From assembly GCA_963815115.1 (NCBI GenBank), contig CAWFFN010000009.1, positions 928,001-992,000 on the forward strand: a DNA stretch of 64,000 nt, written 5' to 3'. Positions 36,193 to 46,610 of the stretch are shown here, in pieces; within the stretch, counting starts at the first letter, position 1, and the number at the start of each line of letters is the position of its first letter. The DNA comes from an uncultured delta proteobacterium. GTDB lineage: Bacteria; Desulfobacterota; Binatia; DP-6. A model generated the notes under the pieces. It worked only from the letters and a program-made list of their open reading frames with translations. It was not told the DNA's origin and did not search any database. Position numbers and translations under genes: made by a program.

Positions 36193-37464
36193 ATGCCTCG
36201 TCGTTTGCTCCTCGGGCTGTGCGCGGGAATCCTGCTGCTGGCGGCGCGACCGGGCAGCGCGGCGTTCATCGCGGGGGACAACCCCCGCACGATGGCCTTC
36301 GGCGGCCTCGTGCGCACCTACCGCGTGCACGTGCCGCCAGGGTACGACGGCTCGGTGCCGGTCCCGCTGGTGGTGGACATCCACGGCCTCGGCTCGAACG
36401 TCCAGGAGCAGGAGGTCGTCTCCGGCATGGCCGCGAAGTCCAACGCGACCGGCTTCATCGTCGTCTACCCCCAGGGCGTCAACGACGCCTGGAACGCCGG
36501 AACCTGCTGCGGAAACGCCGGCATCGACGACGTCGGGTTCATGCGCGCGCTGGTCGCGGCGGTGTCGGCGGAGGCCAACGTCGACGGCCGCCGCGTCTAC
36601 GCCACGGGCCTGTCGAACGGCGGTGCGATGACGCAGCGTCTCGCCTGCGATGCTGCCGATCTCTTCGCCGCCGCGGTGCCGATGTCGTTCCCGATCCCCC
36701 TGCGCCCGCTGTCGGACTGCCAGCCGATCCGGGCCATGCCGGTGCTCACGGTGATGGGGCTCACCGACGTGCTGGTCAAGTACAACGGCGGCCCCTTCGG
36801 CTCGGCGCCGACGACGTTCGCCTACTGGCGGGACGTCGACGGCTGCGGCAGCGGCGCCCCGGACCAGGTGGTGGAGCGCGGGCAGAGCCGGTGCGAGACC
36901 TACACGTCGTGCGCTCAGGGCGTGCAGGCCGGGCTGTGCAGCATCACCGCCAACTCGCTCGTCGGCACGCCCATCGAGGGCCACGTCGTCTACCTGAACA
37001 GCGACTTCGACCTCGCCGATGTCGCCTGGAACTTCCTCTCGAGCTTCACGCTGCCCGACGTCACGGCGCCGGCGGAGTCGATGCTGGCGGGACGGGACAA
37101 GACGAGGATCGATGGCAAGCGGCAGGCGCCGCTGCAGCTGCGCTGGAGCGTGCAGCTCGGCGCCGGCACCTGGGGCGGCACCACCGCGGACGGGACGGCG
37201 CTCAGCGGGAGCTGGACGCCGAAGCGGCGGAACCGCCGGGTGGGCGAGGCCGAGCTGACCTCCGATTCCCGCGCGGCGCTGTCACGCGCGCTGGCGGCAC
37301 GCATCGGCGCGAGCGCCGCCACGGTCGATCTGGAGCCGATCGGCCTGCTGCACGTCCGCAGGGACCGCGCCGGCGCGGCGACCTCGCTGCGCGGGCGCTT
37401 CCGGGTCCTGCGCGACGGGGCGGCGGTCGGCCGCTACGAGCTGCGCCTGCGGCGCGCGCGATAG
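36193..37464 (+). CDS. Secreted LpqP/PHB-depolymerase-family esterase with C-terminal extension
   Basis: Signal peptide, PLVVDIHG, WNAGTCCG, DDVGF, YATGLSNGG. Confidence 0.85.
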   Translation: MPRRLLLGLCAGILLLAARPGSAAFIAGDNPRTMAFGGLVRTYRVHVPPGYDGSVPVPLVVDIHGLGSNVQEQEVVSGMAAKSNATGFIVVYPQGVNDAWNAGTCCGNAGIDDVGFMRALVAAVSAEANVDGRRVYATGLSNGGAMTQRLACDAADLFAAAVPMSFPIPLRPLSDCQPIRAMPVLTVMGLTDVLVKYNGGPFGSAPTTFAYWRDVDGCGSGAPDQVVERGQSRCETYTSCAQGVQAGLCSITANSLVGTPIEGHVVYLNSDFDLADVAWNFLSSFTLPDVTAPAESMLAGRDKTRIDGKRQAPLQLRWSVQLGAGTWGGTTADGTALSGSWTPKRRNRRVGEAELTSDSRAALSRALAARIGASAATVDLEPIGLLHVRRDRAGAATSLRGRFRVLRDGAAVGRYELRLRRAR

Positions 37465-37481
37465 CGGCTGTCGCCCGTCGC

Positions 37482-38504
37482 TCAGGCGAGGCCGAGCGCC
37501 CGGTCCTGCGCCTCGGGGTCGGCGTCCTCGAACTGGATGATGCCGAGGCGTTCGAAGGCCTCGCGCACCCGCGGCGTCACCAGACCGAGGCGCTTGAGAT
37601 TCGGCACCACGCGCGCGAACAGCATCTGGCGGAACATCAACGCGGGCGGCGAGGCGAGGACCTGGTCCTTGACCTCGTCCCGGTCCCAGCCCATGGCCTG
37701 CGCGATCTGATCGCCCACCAGGCGGTTCCGCATCAGCTCGCAGGCGTAGATGATGAAGTCCTCGCGATCACGCAGCTCGTTCGCGGAGATGTCGGCGTAG
37801 TAGTCGGAGAGCGAGAGCACGCCGAACGCCACGTGACGGGACTCGTCCTTCATGACGTAGCGTACCAGCTCCTTCAGCAGCGGCTCCTGCGTGATCTGGA
37901 ACAGGTTGCCGAACGCCGCCATGGCGAGCCCTTCGATGATGATCTGCATGCCGAGATACTTGAAGTCCCAGCGGCTGTCGGTGATCGTCGCGTCGAGCAG
38001 CTCCTTCAGGCTCTCGTTCACCGGCCACTGCCACTCGAGCTTGTCGGTGAGGTAGCGGCTGAACACCTCGACGTGGCGCGCCTCGTCCATCGTCTGGGTG
38101 CCGGCGTAGTACTTGGCGTCGATCCACGGCACGGCGCCGACGAGCTGCGAGGCGACGATGAGCGCGCCCTGCTCGCCATGGAGGAACTGCGACAGCTGGA
38201 GCGCAATCTGGCCGTGGCGGAGATGGTCCTTCTCCTTCGCGGTGAGGCGCTCGTAGGGCGCGTAGCCGTTCAGCGGATTCAGGTGCTCGGGGAGGATGCC
38301 GTGCTCGGGATCCACGTCGGTGTCCCATTTGAGCTGCGTCGTGCCGTTCCACTGGTCGCGCTTGGCCTTCTCGTAGAGGTCGCGCAGGCCTTCCTTCACG
38401 TTGCCGTAGCGCCAGGCATAGCTGGTGTCGAAGGACGTGAGGATGGTCTCGAGCTCCTGGTCGAGATGCTCGAGCTGGTTCACCGCGGTGCCGGGGAGTG
38501 CCAT
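37482..38504 (-). CDS. Ferritin-like diiron protein (AurF/N-oxygenase-like)
   Basis: SQFLHGEQGAL, DEARH, IIEGLAMAAF and DESRH diiron motifs. Confidence 0.85.
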   Translation of the reverse strand: MALPGTAVNQLEHLDQELETILTSFDTSYAWRYGNVKEGLRDLYEKAKRDQWNGTTQLKWDTDVDPEHGILPEHLNPLNGYAPYERLTAKEKDHLRHGQIALQLSQFLHGEQGALIVASQLVGAVPWIDAKYYAGTQTMDEARHVEVFSRYLTDKLEWQWPVNESLKELLDATITDSRWDFKYLGMQIIIEGLAMAAFGNLFQITQEPLLKELVRYVMKDESRHVAFGVLSLSDYYADISANELRDREDFIIYACELMRNRLVGDQIAQAMGWDRDEVKDQVLASPPALMFRQMLFARVVPNLKRLGLVTPRVREAFERLGIIQFEDADPEAQDRALGLA

Positions 38505-38587
38505 GAGGGGAGTCTAGAGGGGATTGCCTCGCTCAGACAAGCGCATCCGTCATTGCATGCCGTGACGCGCTCGGGCAAGAAAATCCG

Positions 38588-39256
38588 ATGGCCTCCGGGC
38601 CCCGCGCGGTGATCTTCGACGTCGACGGCGTGCTCGTCGATTCCTATCGCGCGCACCTCGAGAGCTGGGTGCTGATGGCCCGGGAGCACGGACTGTCCAT
38701 CACGGAGCAGGAGTTCGCCTCGACCTTCGGGCAGACCAGCCGCGAGATCATCGCCCGTTTCTGGGGCCCGGACCTGTCGGCCGCGGAGCGCGAGGCGCTG
38801 GACGCGCGCAAGGAGGCCATCTACCGCGATCTCATCCGCGCCCGCTTCCCGGCCATGGACGGCGCGGTCGAGCTCATCGACGCGCTCGGCGGCGCCGGAT
38901 TTCTCCTGGCCGTCGGCTCGTCCGGCCCGCCCGAGAACATCGACCTGACGCTGGAGCGGCTGGGGCGACGCGCCAGCTTTCAGGCACGGGTGACGGGGCT
39001 CGACGTCGCTCGTGGCAAGCCTGATCCCCAGGTGTTCGCCATCGCCGCGGAGCGTCTGGGTGTCACCGCCGATCGCTGCGTCGTCATCGAGGACGCGCCG
39101 GTCGGGATCGCGGCGGCCCGGGCCGCCGGGATGGCGAGCGTCGCACTGGTGGGTACGGCGTCCGCTCCGGCGCTCGCCGCCGCCGATCTGGTCGTCACCT
39201 CCCTGCGCGAGATCGCGCCCCTCGATCTGGCCGCCCTTGTCGATCGTTCCGGGTAG
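38588..39256 (+). CDS. HAD-superfamily phosphatase (beta-PGM-like)
   Basis: IFDVDGVLVDS, GKPDP, VIEDAPVGIAAARAAGM. Confidence 0.92.
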   Translation: MASGPRAVIFDVDGVLVDSYRAHLESWVLMAREHGLSITEQEFASTFGQTSREIIARFWGPDLSAAEREALDARKEAIYRDLIRARFPAMDGAVELIDALGGAGFLLAVGSSGPPENIDLTLERLGRRASFQARVTGLDVARGKPDPQVFAIAAERLGVTADRCVVIEDAPVGIAAARAAGMASVALVGTASAPALAAADLVVTSLREIAPLDLAALVDRSG

Positions 39257-39299
39257 TTTCGTAGCGCTGGCGTGGGGTATATCGTTCCGCCTCGCCGTC

Positions 39300-39890
39300 A
39301 TGCCGTCCACTCCCGAATCCGCCAAGGCGCCCCTCGAGGTCTGCGTGCGTCGCATCCACCGGCGCGACCTGAATCGCACGTGGGAGTTCCTGAAGCTGTG
39401 CTTCCGCGACGTCAACCGCGAGACGGTGGAGTATCAGCGGCCGCTCTCCAAGCGCCGGTTCGTCGAGACCTACGGCGAGGAGGACGTCGACCAGCTGGTC
39501 TTCGAGGTGGAGGACCAGATCGTCGGCTACGCCGAGTGCGCCGCGGACGCCAGCGGCGACGACAGCTGGATCAACATGCGGTACTTCGAGAAGCGCGGCA
39601 TGCGGCCGCTCTTCGTCGAGGAGCTGGCCGCGCACCCGGACTATCACGGCCGCGGAGTCGGCACCTTCATGCTCGAGCAGCTCGAGCACCTCGCCCGGGT
39701 GCGCGGCTGCACGCACCTGGTGCTCGAGGTGGCGGAGAACAACGAGGACGCGCTGCGCTGGTACCGCCGGCGCAATTTCTACAAGCTCGACGCGGCGGTG
39801 TTCCTGGCGCAGAAGGTCTCGAACGAGCCCGAGCTCCTGCCGCCCCGGAAGATCGCCGCCCGCCGCCGCCGCGTGAAGGGCGCCGACTGA
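39300..39890 (+). CDS. GNAT-family N-acetyltransferase
   Basis: LAAHPDYHGRGVG, LEVAENNEDALRWYRRRNF. Confidence 0.88.
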   Translation: MPSTPESAKAPLEVCVRRIHRRDLNRTWEFLKLCFRDVNRETVEYQRPLSKRRFVETYGEEDVDQLVFEVEDQIVGYAECAADASGDDSWINMRYFEKRGMRPLFVEELAAHPDYHGRGVGTFMLEQLEHLARVRGCTHLVLEVAENNEDALRWYRRRNFYKLDAAVFLAQKVSNEPELLPPRKIAARRRRVKGAD

Positions 39891-39892
39891 GG

Positions 39893-40738
39893 ATGAGCGG
39901 CGAGGCCGTCGCCCGCGACGTCGCGGCGATCCGCGAGCAGGGATTCGTGATCGTGCCCGACCTCGTGCCGCTCGCGGATCTCGAGGCCATGCGGCGCGCG
40001 CTCGCACCGCACCTCGAGCCCCGGCTGCTCGGCCGCAACGATTTCGAGGGCCATCGCACCCAGCGGGTCTATTCCCTCGTCGGCGTGGCGCCGATCTTCG
40101 CGGACCTCGTCGAGCATCCCCGCGTGCTCGCGATCTGCGACGCGTTTCTCGAGCCCAACTACCTGCTCACGGCGTCGCAGGCGATCGACATCCTCCCCGG
40201 AGAGACCCCGCAGGCGTTTCACACCGACGACCTGTTCTACAGCATCGCCCGCCCGCGCGACGCCGTCAGCGTGAGCACGATCGTCGCCGTCGACCCGTTC
40301 ACGCCCGAGAACGGCGCGACGCAGATCGTGCCGGGCAGCCATCGCTGGGCGGACGACGCGGTCGAGGGACTGCTCGACCGGATCGACTTCGAGACGGTGC
40401 CCGAGCCCGCGCGCGTGCCCGGCCCGGCGGCAGCGTTGCCGGGCGAGCTCCGGGGGCGGGTGCAGGAAGTCGTGATGCCCGCCGGCGCGGCCATCGTGTT
40501 CCTGGGAACCCTGGTCCATCGCGGCGGCGAGAATCGGAGCGACCGGCCGCGGCTCGCCCTCTCGAACCAGTACTGTCAGCCCTGGGCACGTACGCAGGAG
40601 AACTACTTCCTGTCGATCCCGCGCGAGCAGGCGCGAGCGATGTCCGCGCGGGTGCAGGAGCTGCTCGGCTACAGCGTCCACCCGCCCTTCATGGGCCATG
40701 CGAGCGGCCTGCACCCGAGGCGGGTGCTGGAGCGGTAG
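39893..40738 (+). CDS. Phytanoyl-CoA dioxygenase (PhyH)-family Fe/2OG enzyme
   Basis: QGFVIV, QAFHTDD, FTPENGATQIVPGSHRW, LVHRGGENRS. Confidence 0.9.
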   Translation: MSGEAVARDVAAIREQGFVIVPDLVPLADLEAMRRALAPHLEPRLLGRNDFEGHRTQRVYSLVGVAPIFADLVEHPRVLAICDAFLEPNYLLTASQAIDILPGETPQAFHTDDLFYSIARPRDAVSVSTIVAVDPFTPENGATQIVPGSHRWADDAVEGLLDRIDFETVPEPARVPGPAAALPGELRGRVQEVVMPAGAAIVFLGTLVHRGGENRSDRPRLALSNQYCQPWARTQENYFLSIPREQARAMSARVQELLGYSVHPPFMGHASGLHPRRVLER

Positions 40739-40885
40739 CGAGGGCCGGCGCGTCTGACCAATTGCCGTGAAGCGCAGGATATAACGATGAGCGCATCCGT
40801 TCTCGAGCGACGCGAGGGCGGGACGGGAGCGCGAGCTCCATCGACTTTGCCTTGACCCCACGCGACGGCGGGCGGTACCCCCAGA

Positions 40886-43800
40886 TTGCCGGGGGGCCTC
40901 CTGTTTCACTCGCTACTCACCGCTGTTGCCATCTTTCTCCTGTCGGTCGCGCCGGCGATCGCGAAGCGACCGAAACCGAGTCCCTGCGCTCCCGACCGCT
41001 ACGTCGTCGTGGAAGGCGCTCCCCTCGTAGGCGATGGCGGCAGCACGGCTCCCGACGTCATCGCCGTCGCGCCGAAGCAGGTGGCCATCTCCGGCGGCTG
41101 CGTCGGGAAGTCGTCGGTCAGAGCCTCCCGTACCGCGACCACCGTCCGCGCCCGCTGGAAGGCCTGTGCGCCCCTCAAGAAGGTGACGCTCACGGCCAGG
41201 ATCGCGGCCCCGGCGTGCAGCGAGATCACGGGGACGCTCAAGGCGAAGAAGACCAAGCCTCGTCGCTTCCGTGCCGTGCGCTCGACGTGCGGCGACGGGC
41301 ATCTCGACGCCGTCCGCGAGGCCTGCGACGGCGGCCAGGGCTGCGCAGGGACGGAACACTGCACCGCGACCTGCGTCTGCGCCACCACGCCGGTGGACAC
41401 GCCGCTCGGGCCCGGGTCGGGCGCCGTCGAGCTGCCACCGGGATCGACCCTGTCCCTCACCGCCCTCCAGGTCATCGCTCCGGGCGCGTCCGCGATCCGA
41501 CCGGACGGCTCGTTCGACTTCGCCGCATCGAGTGATCCTATTCTCGTCCTGATCGCCGACGGCGGCGGTGTCCCCGTGCTCGCCGCGTACAGCGACCCGC
41601 GCCAGCCCGGGGCGCTGCGCGTGAACGCGCGCTCGACGGCGCTGGCGATGCTGTTCTTCGCGTCGGGCGCCTTCACGCGAGCGCAGTCCGAGTACCAGCA
41701 GGTCCGCGATCTGCTGGCGGGGCACCCCGCGTTCGCGACGCTGGCCGCGGCGGTGGAGGCCCGTCTCGGGGTCGAGCCGCATGCCATCGCCGCCGGCGAC
41801 CCGGCGCTGCTCGCGGCGATCCAGGCCGCGATCGACGTCATGTCGGGCCGGGGGATGGCGCGGGCCGTCACCGCGGCGGCCGGCGCGCCGGTCGTCTCTC
41901 GATTGTTCGCCGACCCGCAGGCCGAGCTGAGCGGCGTCATCGTGAGCGACTCGGACGACCAGAGCGGGTTGCAGATCACCAACAGACGCCGCCGGCACCT
42001 CCTCTTCTACGTCACGCAGACCGGCTACCTGGACAGCGAGAACCACGTGCAGCAGGTCGACCGTCCGGTGGTGAACGGCTCGTTCCCGCACGACTGGATC
42101 TCGTCGACCAACAAGCTGGGCGGCGTGTTCGGCTCCGTCACCGACGTGTTCACCGGCAACGGCGCGTACCAGCCGTACACCTTCACGCCCGCCGTGCCCC
42201 TGCCCGTCTTCCCGGACTCGGCCAGGGAGGCCTACTACCACGTGACGGTCGTCGGCCCGGGCGGGAACCTCGGCGCACAACCGAAGATGGGCCTGTTCCC
42301 GTTCCTGGGCGGCGCGAGCGAGATGGTGACGTGGTCGGTCTTCAAGGACATCTTCCTGCCGTTCCTCTTCGCCGGCCTCGACGTCCATCTCGACATCGAG
42401 CACCTGGCCGATCCCACGCCCCTCTTCCAGGGCTACCGCGCGTGGATCACCGGGCTCGGCTCCGGCGGGCACGTCGGCCTGAGCCTGACCCACCTGGAGG
42501 TCAAGGAGTTCATGCTCGCGGTCTTCAAGACGATCGCGGACGATGCCGCCTTCCGGCAGGCCTTCATCAACTGGTTCCGCCAGCAGCTCGCGTCACTCGC
42601 GCCCGACGCGGCCCAGGCGCTCAGCGAGAGTGCGCTCAACGGCCTCGCCACCAAGCTCAACTTCTGGCTCTTCCTGATCGACAAGGCGATGTCGCTCGGC
42701 GACGCGGCGGTTGCGGCGCACGACATGGCCAACTCGAACTGGTTCGAGGAGTGGGACGTCACGGCGATTCCCGTGCCGGTGCGCCTGCTGCCGCCGATCG
42801 CGACCGTGACGAAGAGCAGCCCGGCCGTGACGCTGACGACCACGGTCACGGGCCTGCCGAACCATCGGTTCGTCTACCGGTACAGCACCGCCGGATTCCA
42901 TGGCCTCGTCTGTCCCATCCTCGGCGACTGCGCCACGACCGTCGATTCGACCTTCGACAACGTGCAGTACGTCGCCGATGCGCTCGGGATCGTCGAGGGC
43001 GATCTCGACACCGTGACCGTCGAGGTCTTCGACGACACGGACGGCAACGGCACGGTGCCGGCGGTCGAGCCGGCCCTCGGGAAGGCCACGAGCCGGATCG
43101 TCGGCGAAGCCGGGTGCGCGGGCCCCGAGGTCGCGGTCGACATCCCGAGCGCCGAGCTCCGCACGATTCTCCACCAGCGCCTCGGCGTCGCCGCGGATCA
43201 GCCGATCACGTGCGCCGACATGGAGCGGCTGACGACGCTCGGGATCGTCCAGCGCGGCATCGAGACCCTCGAAGGGCTCCAGTTCGCGGTCAACCTGACC
43301 GCGCTCACGTGCAACCAGTGCGTGCTCCGCGAGATCGGACAAGTGTCGCGGCTTCACAAGCTGACGTCGCTGGCGCTCACCCAGAACGGCATCATCGACG
43401 TGTCGCCGCTGGCGGGTCTCACTGCCCTCACCTCCCTCGACCTCGAGTACAACCGGATCGTCGACGTCACGGCGCTCGCCGGATTGACCAACCTCCAGAC
43501 CCTCGACCTGCGTGGCAACACGCTGAACGGGGTCGGCGCCCTCGCCGGCCTGACGAAGCTCGAGCAGCTCTTCCTGCGCGAGACCGGGATCCCGAGCGTC
43601 GCCTCGCTGGCTGGGCTCGTGAACCTCGGGACGCTCACCCTCAACTTCTGCGACCTGACGACCCTCGACGGGCTGCAGGGCATGACGAAGCTCGCGCACC
43701 TCGAGATCGACAACAACTACATCCTGGAGGACATCGGCGCGCTGGCGAACCTGAACGCGCTCACCTTCCTCGACGCCGAGACCAACAGCATCACGGACAT

Positions 43801-44215
43801 CGCCCCGCTGGCCGGGAAGACCCAGCTGTCTGTCCTCGACCTGAGCGGCAACCAGATCGCCGATCTGAGCCCGGTCGGCTGGGGAATGCTCCCGCTCGAT
43901 CATCTCAACCTGCGGGCCAACCTGATCACCAGCATCGCGCCGCTCCAGGCGCTCACCCGGATCGGCGACCTCGACGTGAGCTACAATCGCATCAGCGACG
44001 CCGGACCGATCTCGGGCCTGCACACGCTCACCGCGTTCGCCATCCGCAACAACCTGCTGTCGAGCATCCAGCCGCTGGTCGACAACAGCGGCCTCGGGAG
44101 CGGCGACACCATCAACATCCAACAGAACTGCCTGAGCGAGAGCGACCCGGACATCAAGACGCTGAAGGATCGCGGCGCACAGGTGTACTACCAGCCGCAG
44201 GGCTGCCCCCCGTAG
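40886..44215 (+). CDS. Large secreted protein with Cys-rich N-terminus and C-terminal internalin-type leucine-rich repeats
   Basis: Signal peptide, CGDG..EACDGG Cys-rich repeat, and about 13-14 LRRs of 22 aa (LxxLxxLxLxxNxIxDxxxL). Confidence 0.85.
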   Translation: MPGGLLFHSLLTAVAIFLLSVAPAIAKRPKPSPCAPDRYVVVEGAPLVGDGGSTAPDVIAVAPKQVAISGGCVGKSSVRASRTATTVRARWKACAPLKKVTLTARIAAPACSEITGTLKAKKTKPRRFRAVRSTCGDGHLDAVREACDGGQGCAGTEHCTATCVCATTPVDTPLGPGSGAVELPPGSTLSLTALQVIAPGASAIRPDGSFDFAASSDPILVLIADGGGVPVLAAYSDPRQPGALRVNARSTALAMLFFASGAFTRAQSEYQQVRDLLAGHPAFATLAAAVEARLGVEPHAIAAGDPALLAAIQAAIDVMSGRGMARAVTAAAGAPVVSRLFADPQAELSGVIVSDSDDQSGLQITNRRRRHLLFYVTQTGYLDSENHVQQVDRPVVNGSFPHDWISSTNKLGGVFGSVTDVFTGNGAYQPYTFTPAVPLPVFPDSAREAYYHVTVVGPGGNLGAQPKMGLFPFLGGASEMVTWSVFKDIFLPFLFAGLDVHLDIEHLADPTPLFQGYRAWITGLGSGGHVGLSLTHLEVKEFMLAVFKTIADDAAFRQAFINWFRQQLASLAPDAAQALSESALNGLATKLNFWLFLIDKAMSLGDAAVAAHDMANSNWFEEWDVTAIPVPVRLLPPIATVTKSSPAVTLTTTVTGLPNHRFVYRYSTAGFHGLVCPILGDCATTVDSTFDNVQYVADALGIVEGDLDTVTVEVFDDTDGNGTVPAVEPALGKATSRIVGEAGCAGPEVAVDIPSAELRTILHQRLGVAADQPITCADMERLTTLGIVQRGIETLEGLQFAVNLTALTCNQCVLREIGQVSRLHKLTSLALTQNGIIDVSPLAGLTALTSLDLEYNRIVDVTALAGLTNLQTLDLRGNTLNGVGALAGLTKLEQLFLRETGIPSVASLAGLVNLGTLTLNFCDLTTLDGLQGMTKLAHLEIDNNYILEDIGALANLNALTFLDAETNSITDIAPLAGKTQLSVLDLSGNQIADLSPVGWGMLPLDHLNLRANLITSIAPLQALTRIGDLDVSYNRISDAGPISGLHTLTAFAIRNNLLSSIQPLVDNSGLGSGDTINIQQNCLSESDPDIKTLKDRGAQVYYQPQGCPP
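43220..44130 (+). repeat. Degenerate ~66-bp coding repeats (LRR array)
   Basis: 22-aa periodicity in the translation. Confidence 0.8.
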
Positions 44216-44231
44216 TCCACCACTCGAACGA

Positions 44232-44936
44232 CTAGCCGTCGCCGGGCTCGGAGCGGCCGAGGCCGCCGGGGACGGCGGCGGCCGTGTACAGGCCGACGAG
44301 CCGCGCGATCATCAAGGTCAGGAAGAGCTGACCGCCGATCGCTTCGAGCACGGCGAAGATGCGTGCCGGCGGGCTCAGCGGCGTCACGTCGCCGTAGCCC
44401 GTGGTCGTGAGGGTCATGAAGCTCAGGTACATGAGGAGCGCATCCGTTCCGAGCGGGGCAAAGGGCGGCACGGGAATGCGGGGGCCGAGGGCGAACGATC
44501 CGGGCCACGATCGCTCGACGATCGAGTACACCTTCCCCCAGCACAGGCCGAGAAGCAGGTAGACGCAGCCGGCGCCGTAGAGGACGTCGAGCGTCACGAT
44601 CTGGCGACGCGCGAGGTCGCGCAGGATCGCCCCCGCCACGATGGCCATGAAGAGCAGGTCGGGTCCCTGGGTGAGGAGGCCTCCCGGATCGAACCGGAAG
44701 GGCACCAGCGTCAGCACCGCCAGTACGAGCATCGGCGCCAGCAGGCTGCTTCCCAGGCCGACGGCGAGGAGGCTCGAGACCAGCACGGCGACGAAGAGCA
44801 CGGTCACCGCCCAGTTCGCGATCGTCTCGTCGCCCGTGAAGGGAATGAGCAGGAAGAGCAGCAGCAGGGACGCGAGGAGGAACCGGTAGCGCGGGGCAAG
44901 TCGCCACACCACGTTCAGGCTGGGCAGGACGTCCAT
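44232..44936 (-). CDS. Potassium-channel-family membrane protein
   Basis: YLSFMTLTTTGYGDVTP selectivity-filter motif and several TM helices. Confidence 0.88.
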   Translation of the reverse strand: MDVLPSLNVVWRLAPRYRFLLASLLLLFLLIPFTGDETIANWAVTVLFVAVLVSSLLAVGLGSSLLAPMLVLAVLTLVPFRFDPGGLLTQGPDLLFMAIVAGAILRDLARRQIVTLDVLYGAGCVYLLLGLCWGKVYSIVERSWPGSFALGPRIPVPPFAPLGTDALLMYLSFMTLTTTGYGDVTPLSPPARIFAVLEAIGGQLFLTLMIARLVGLYTAAAVPGGLGRSEPGDG

Positions 44937-45014
44937 GCGCCGGTCTAGCGAAGGCGAAGCGGGGGCGCCACCCTGGCATGAGGCCGGGACGGCGCGCTAA
45001 AGAAGCTCCGCGCC

Positions 45015-46610
45015 ATGGAGGTCCTGCGCAGCAACGTCAATCCGCGGTCCGAGGCCTACCGGACCAATCGCGCCGCCTTCCTGGAGCAGATCGCCTACCT
45101 GGACGAGCAGCTGGCGCTCGCTCGCGCGGGCGGCGGACCGAAGTACGTGGAGCGCCACCGCCAGCGCGGCAAGCTGATGGCGCGCGAGCGCATCGAGCTG
45201 CTGCTCGATCGCGACTCGCCCTTCCTCGAGATCGCGCCGCTGGCCGGCTGGGGCACGGAGTTCGGGCTCGGCGGCAGCATCGTCTCCGGCGTCGGCGTGG
45301 TGTCGGGCGTCGAGTGCGTGATCACGGCCAACGAGCCGACCATGCAGGGCGGCACGCTCAACCCGTACAGCGTTCGCAAGAGCGCGCGCACGATGGAGAT
45401 CTGCGCGCAGAACCGGCTGCCGATCATCAACCTGACCGAATCGGGCGGCGCCGACCTGCCGTACCAGGCGGAGACCTTCGTTCCCGGCGGCAAGGGCTTT
45501 CGCGAGCTCACCCGCCGCTCGGCCGAGCGCATCCCGACCATCTGCCTGGTCTTCGGCTCCTCGACCGCCGGCGGCGCCTACGTGCCGGGCATGTCCGACT
45601 ACGTGGTGATGGTGAAGGGCGGCGCCAAGGTGTTCCTCGGGGGGCCGCCGCTGGTGAAGATGGCGATCCACGAGGACGCCGACGAGGAGGCGCTCGGCGG
45701 CGCCGAGATGCACAGCCGCGTCTCCGGCGTGTCGGACTATCTCGCCGCCGACGAGCTCGACGCGATCCGGCTCGGGCGCGAGATCGTCGCCCAGCTCAAC
45801 TGGCGCAAGCTCGGGCGCTCGAAGCGCGTGGCCGTCGAGGAGCCGCGCTACGACCCGGACGAGCTGCTCGGGCTCACCTCGATCGACGTGCGCAAGCCGT
45901 TCGAGGTCCGGGAGGTCATCGCCCGCGTCGTCGACGGCTCGCGCTTCCACGAGTTCAAGCCGACCTACGGCAGCACGCTCGTCACCGGCTATGCCCACCT
46001 CCACGGCTATCCGATCGGCATCCTCGCGAACAACGGCATGCTCTTCTCCGAGTCGTCGGAGAAGGGCGCGCAGTTCATCCAGCTCTGCAACCAGACCGAC
46101 ACGCCGATCGTGTTCCTGCAGAACATCACCGGCTTCATGGTGGGCAGCCGCTACGAGCAGGGCGGCATCATCAAGGACGGCGCCAAGCTCATCAACGCGG
46201 TCTCCAACAGCACGGTTCCGCACCTGACGATGATGATCGGCGCCTCGTACGGCGCCGGCAACTACGGCATGTCGGGCCGCGCCTACGACCCGCGCTTCGT
46301 GTTCAGCTGGCCGAACCACCGCATCGCGGTCATGGGTCCCGAGCAGCTCGCGGGCGTGCTCTCCATCGTGCGCCGGCAGGCGGCGGAGCGGGCAGGGCAG
46401 CCGTTCGACGAGGAGGAGGACCGCGTGCTGCGCCAGGCCGTCGAGCAGCAGATCGACCGCGAGTCGTACGCCTTCTTCGCGACCGCGCGGCTGTGGGACG
46501 ACGGCATCATCGACCCGCGCGACACCCGCACCGTTCTCGGCATCTGCCTGTCGGCGGTACACTCGGCGCCCATCCGCGGCACGACGCGCTACGGCGTGTT
46601 CCGGATGTGA
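45015..46610 (+). CDS. atuC: Acyl-CoA carboxylase beta subunit, geranyl-CoA carboxylase AtuC-like
   Basis: [65 protein letters not shown]. Lies in atuA/E/F context. Confidence 0.82.
   Translation: MEVLRSNVNPRSEAYRTNRAAFLEQIAYLDEQLALARAGGGPKYVERHRQRGKLMARERIELLLDRDSPFLEIAPLAGWGTEFGLGGSIVSGVGVVSGVECVITANEPTMQGGTLNPYSVRKSARTMEICAQNRLPIINLTESGGADLPYQAETFVPGGKGFRELTRRSAERIPTICLVFGSSTAGGAYVPGMSDYVVMVKGGAKVFLGGPPLVKMAIHEDADEEALGGAEMHSRVSGVSDYLAADELDAIRLGREIVAQLNWRKLGRSKRVAVEEPRYDPDELLGLTSIDVRKPFEVREVIARVVDGSRFHEFKPTYGSTLVTGYAHLHGYPIGILANNGMLFSESSEKGAQFIQLCNQTDTPIVFLQNITGFMVGSRYEQGGIIKDGAKLINAVSNSTVPHLTMMIGASYGAGNYGMSGRAYDPRFVFSWPNHRIAVMGPEQLAGVLSIVRRQAAERAGQPFDEEEDRVLRQAVEQQIDRESYAFFATARLWDDGIIDPRDTRTVLGICLSAVHSAPIRGTTRYGVFRM

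Noticed and set aside
43220-44130. Periodic sequence that might be a CRISPR array or DNA repeat
   Set aside because: Degenerate in-frame LRR coding repeats with no identical repeat-spacer structure and no cas genes.
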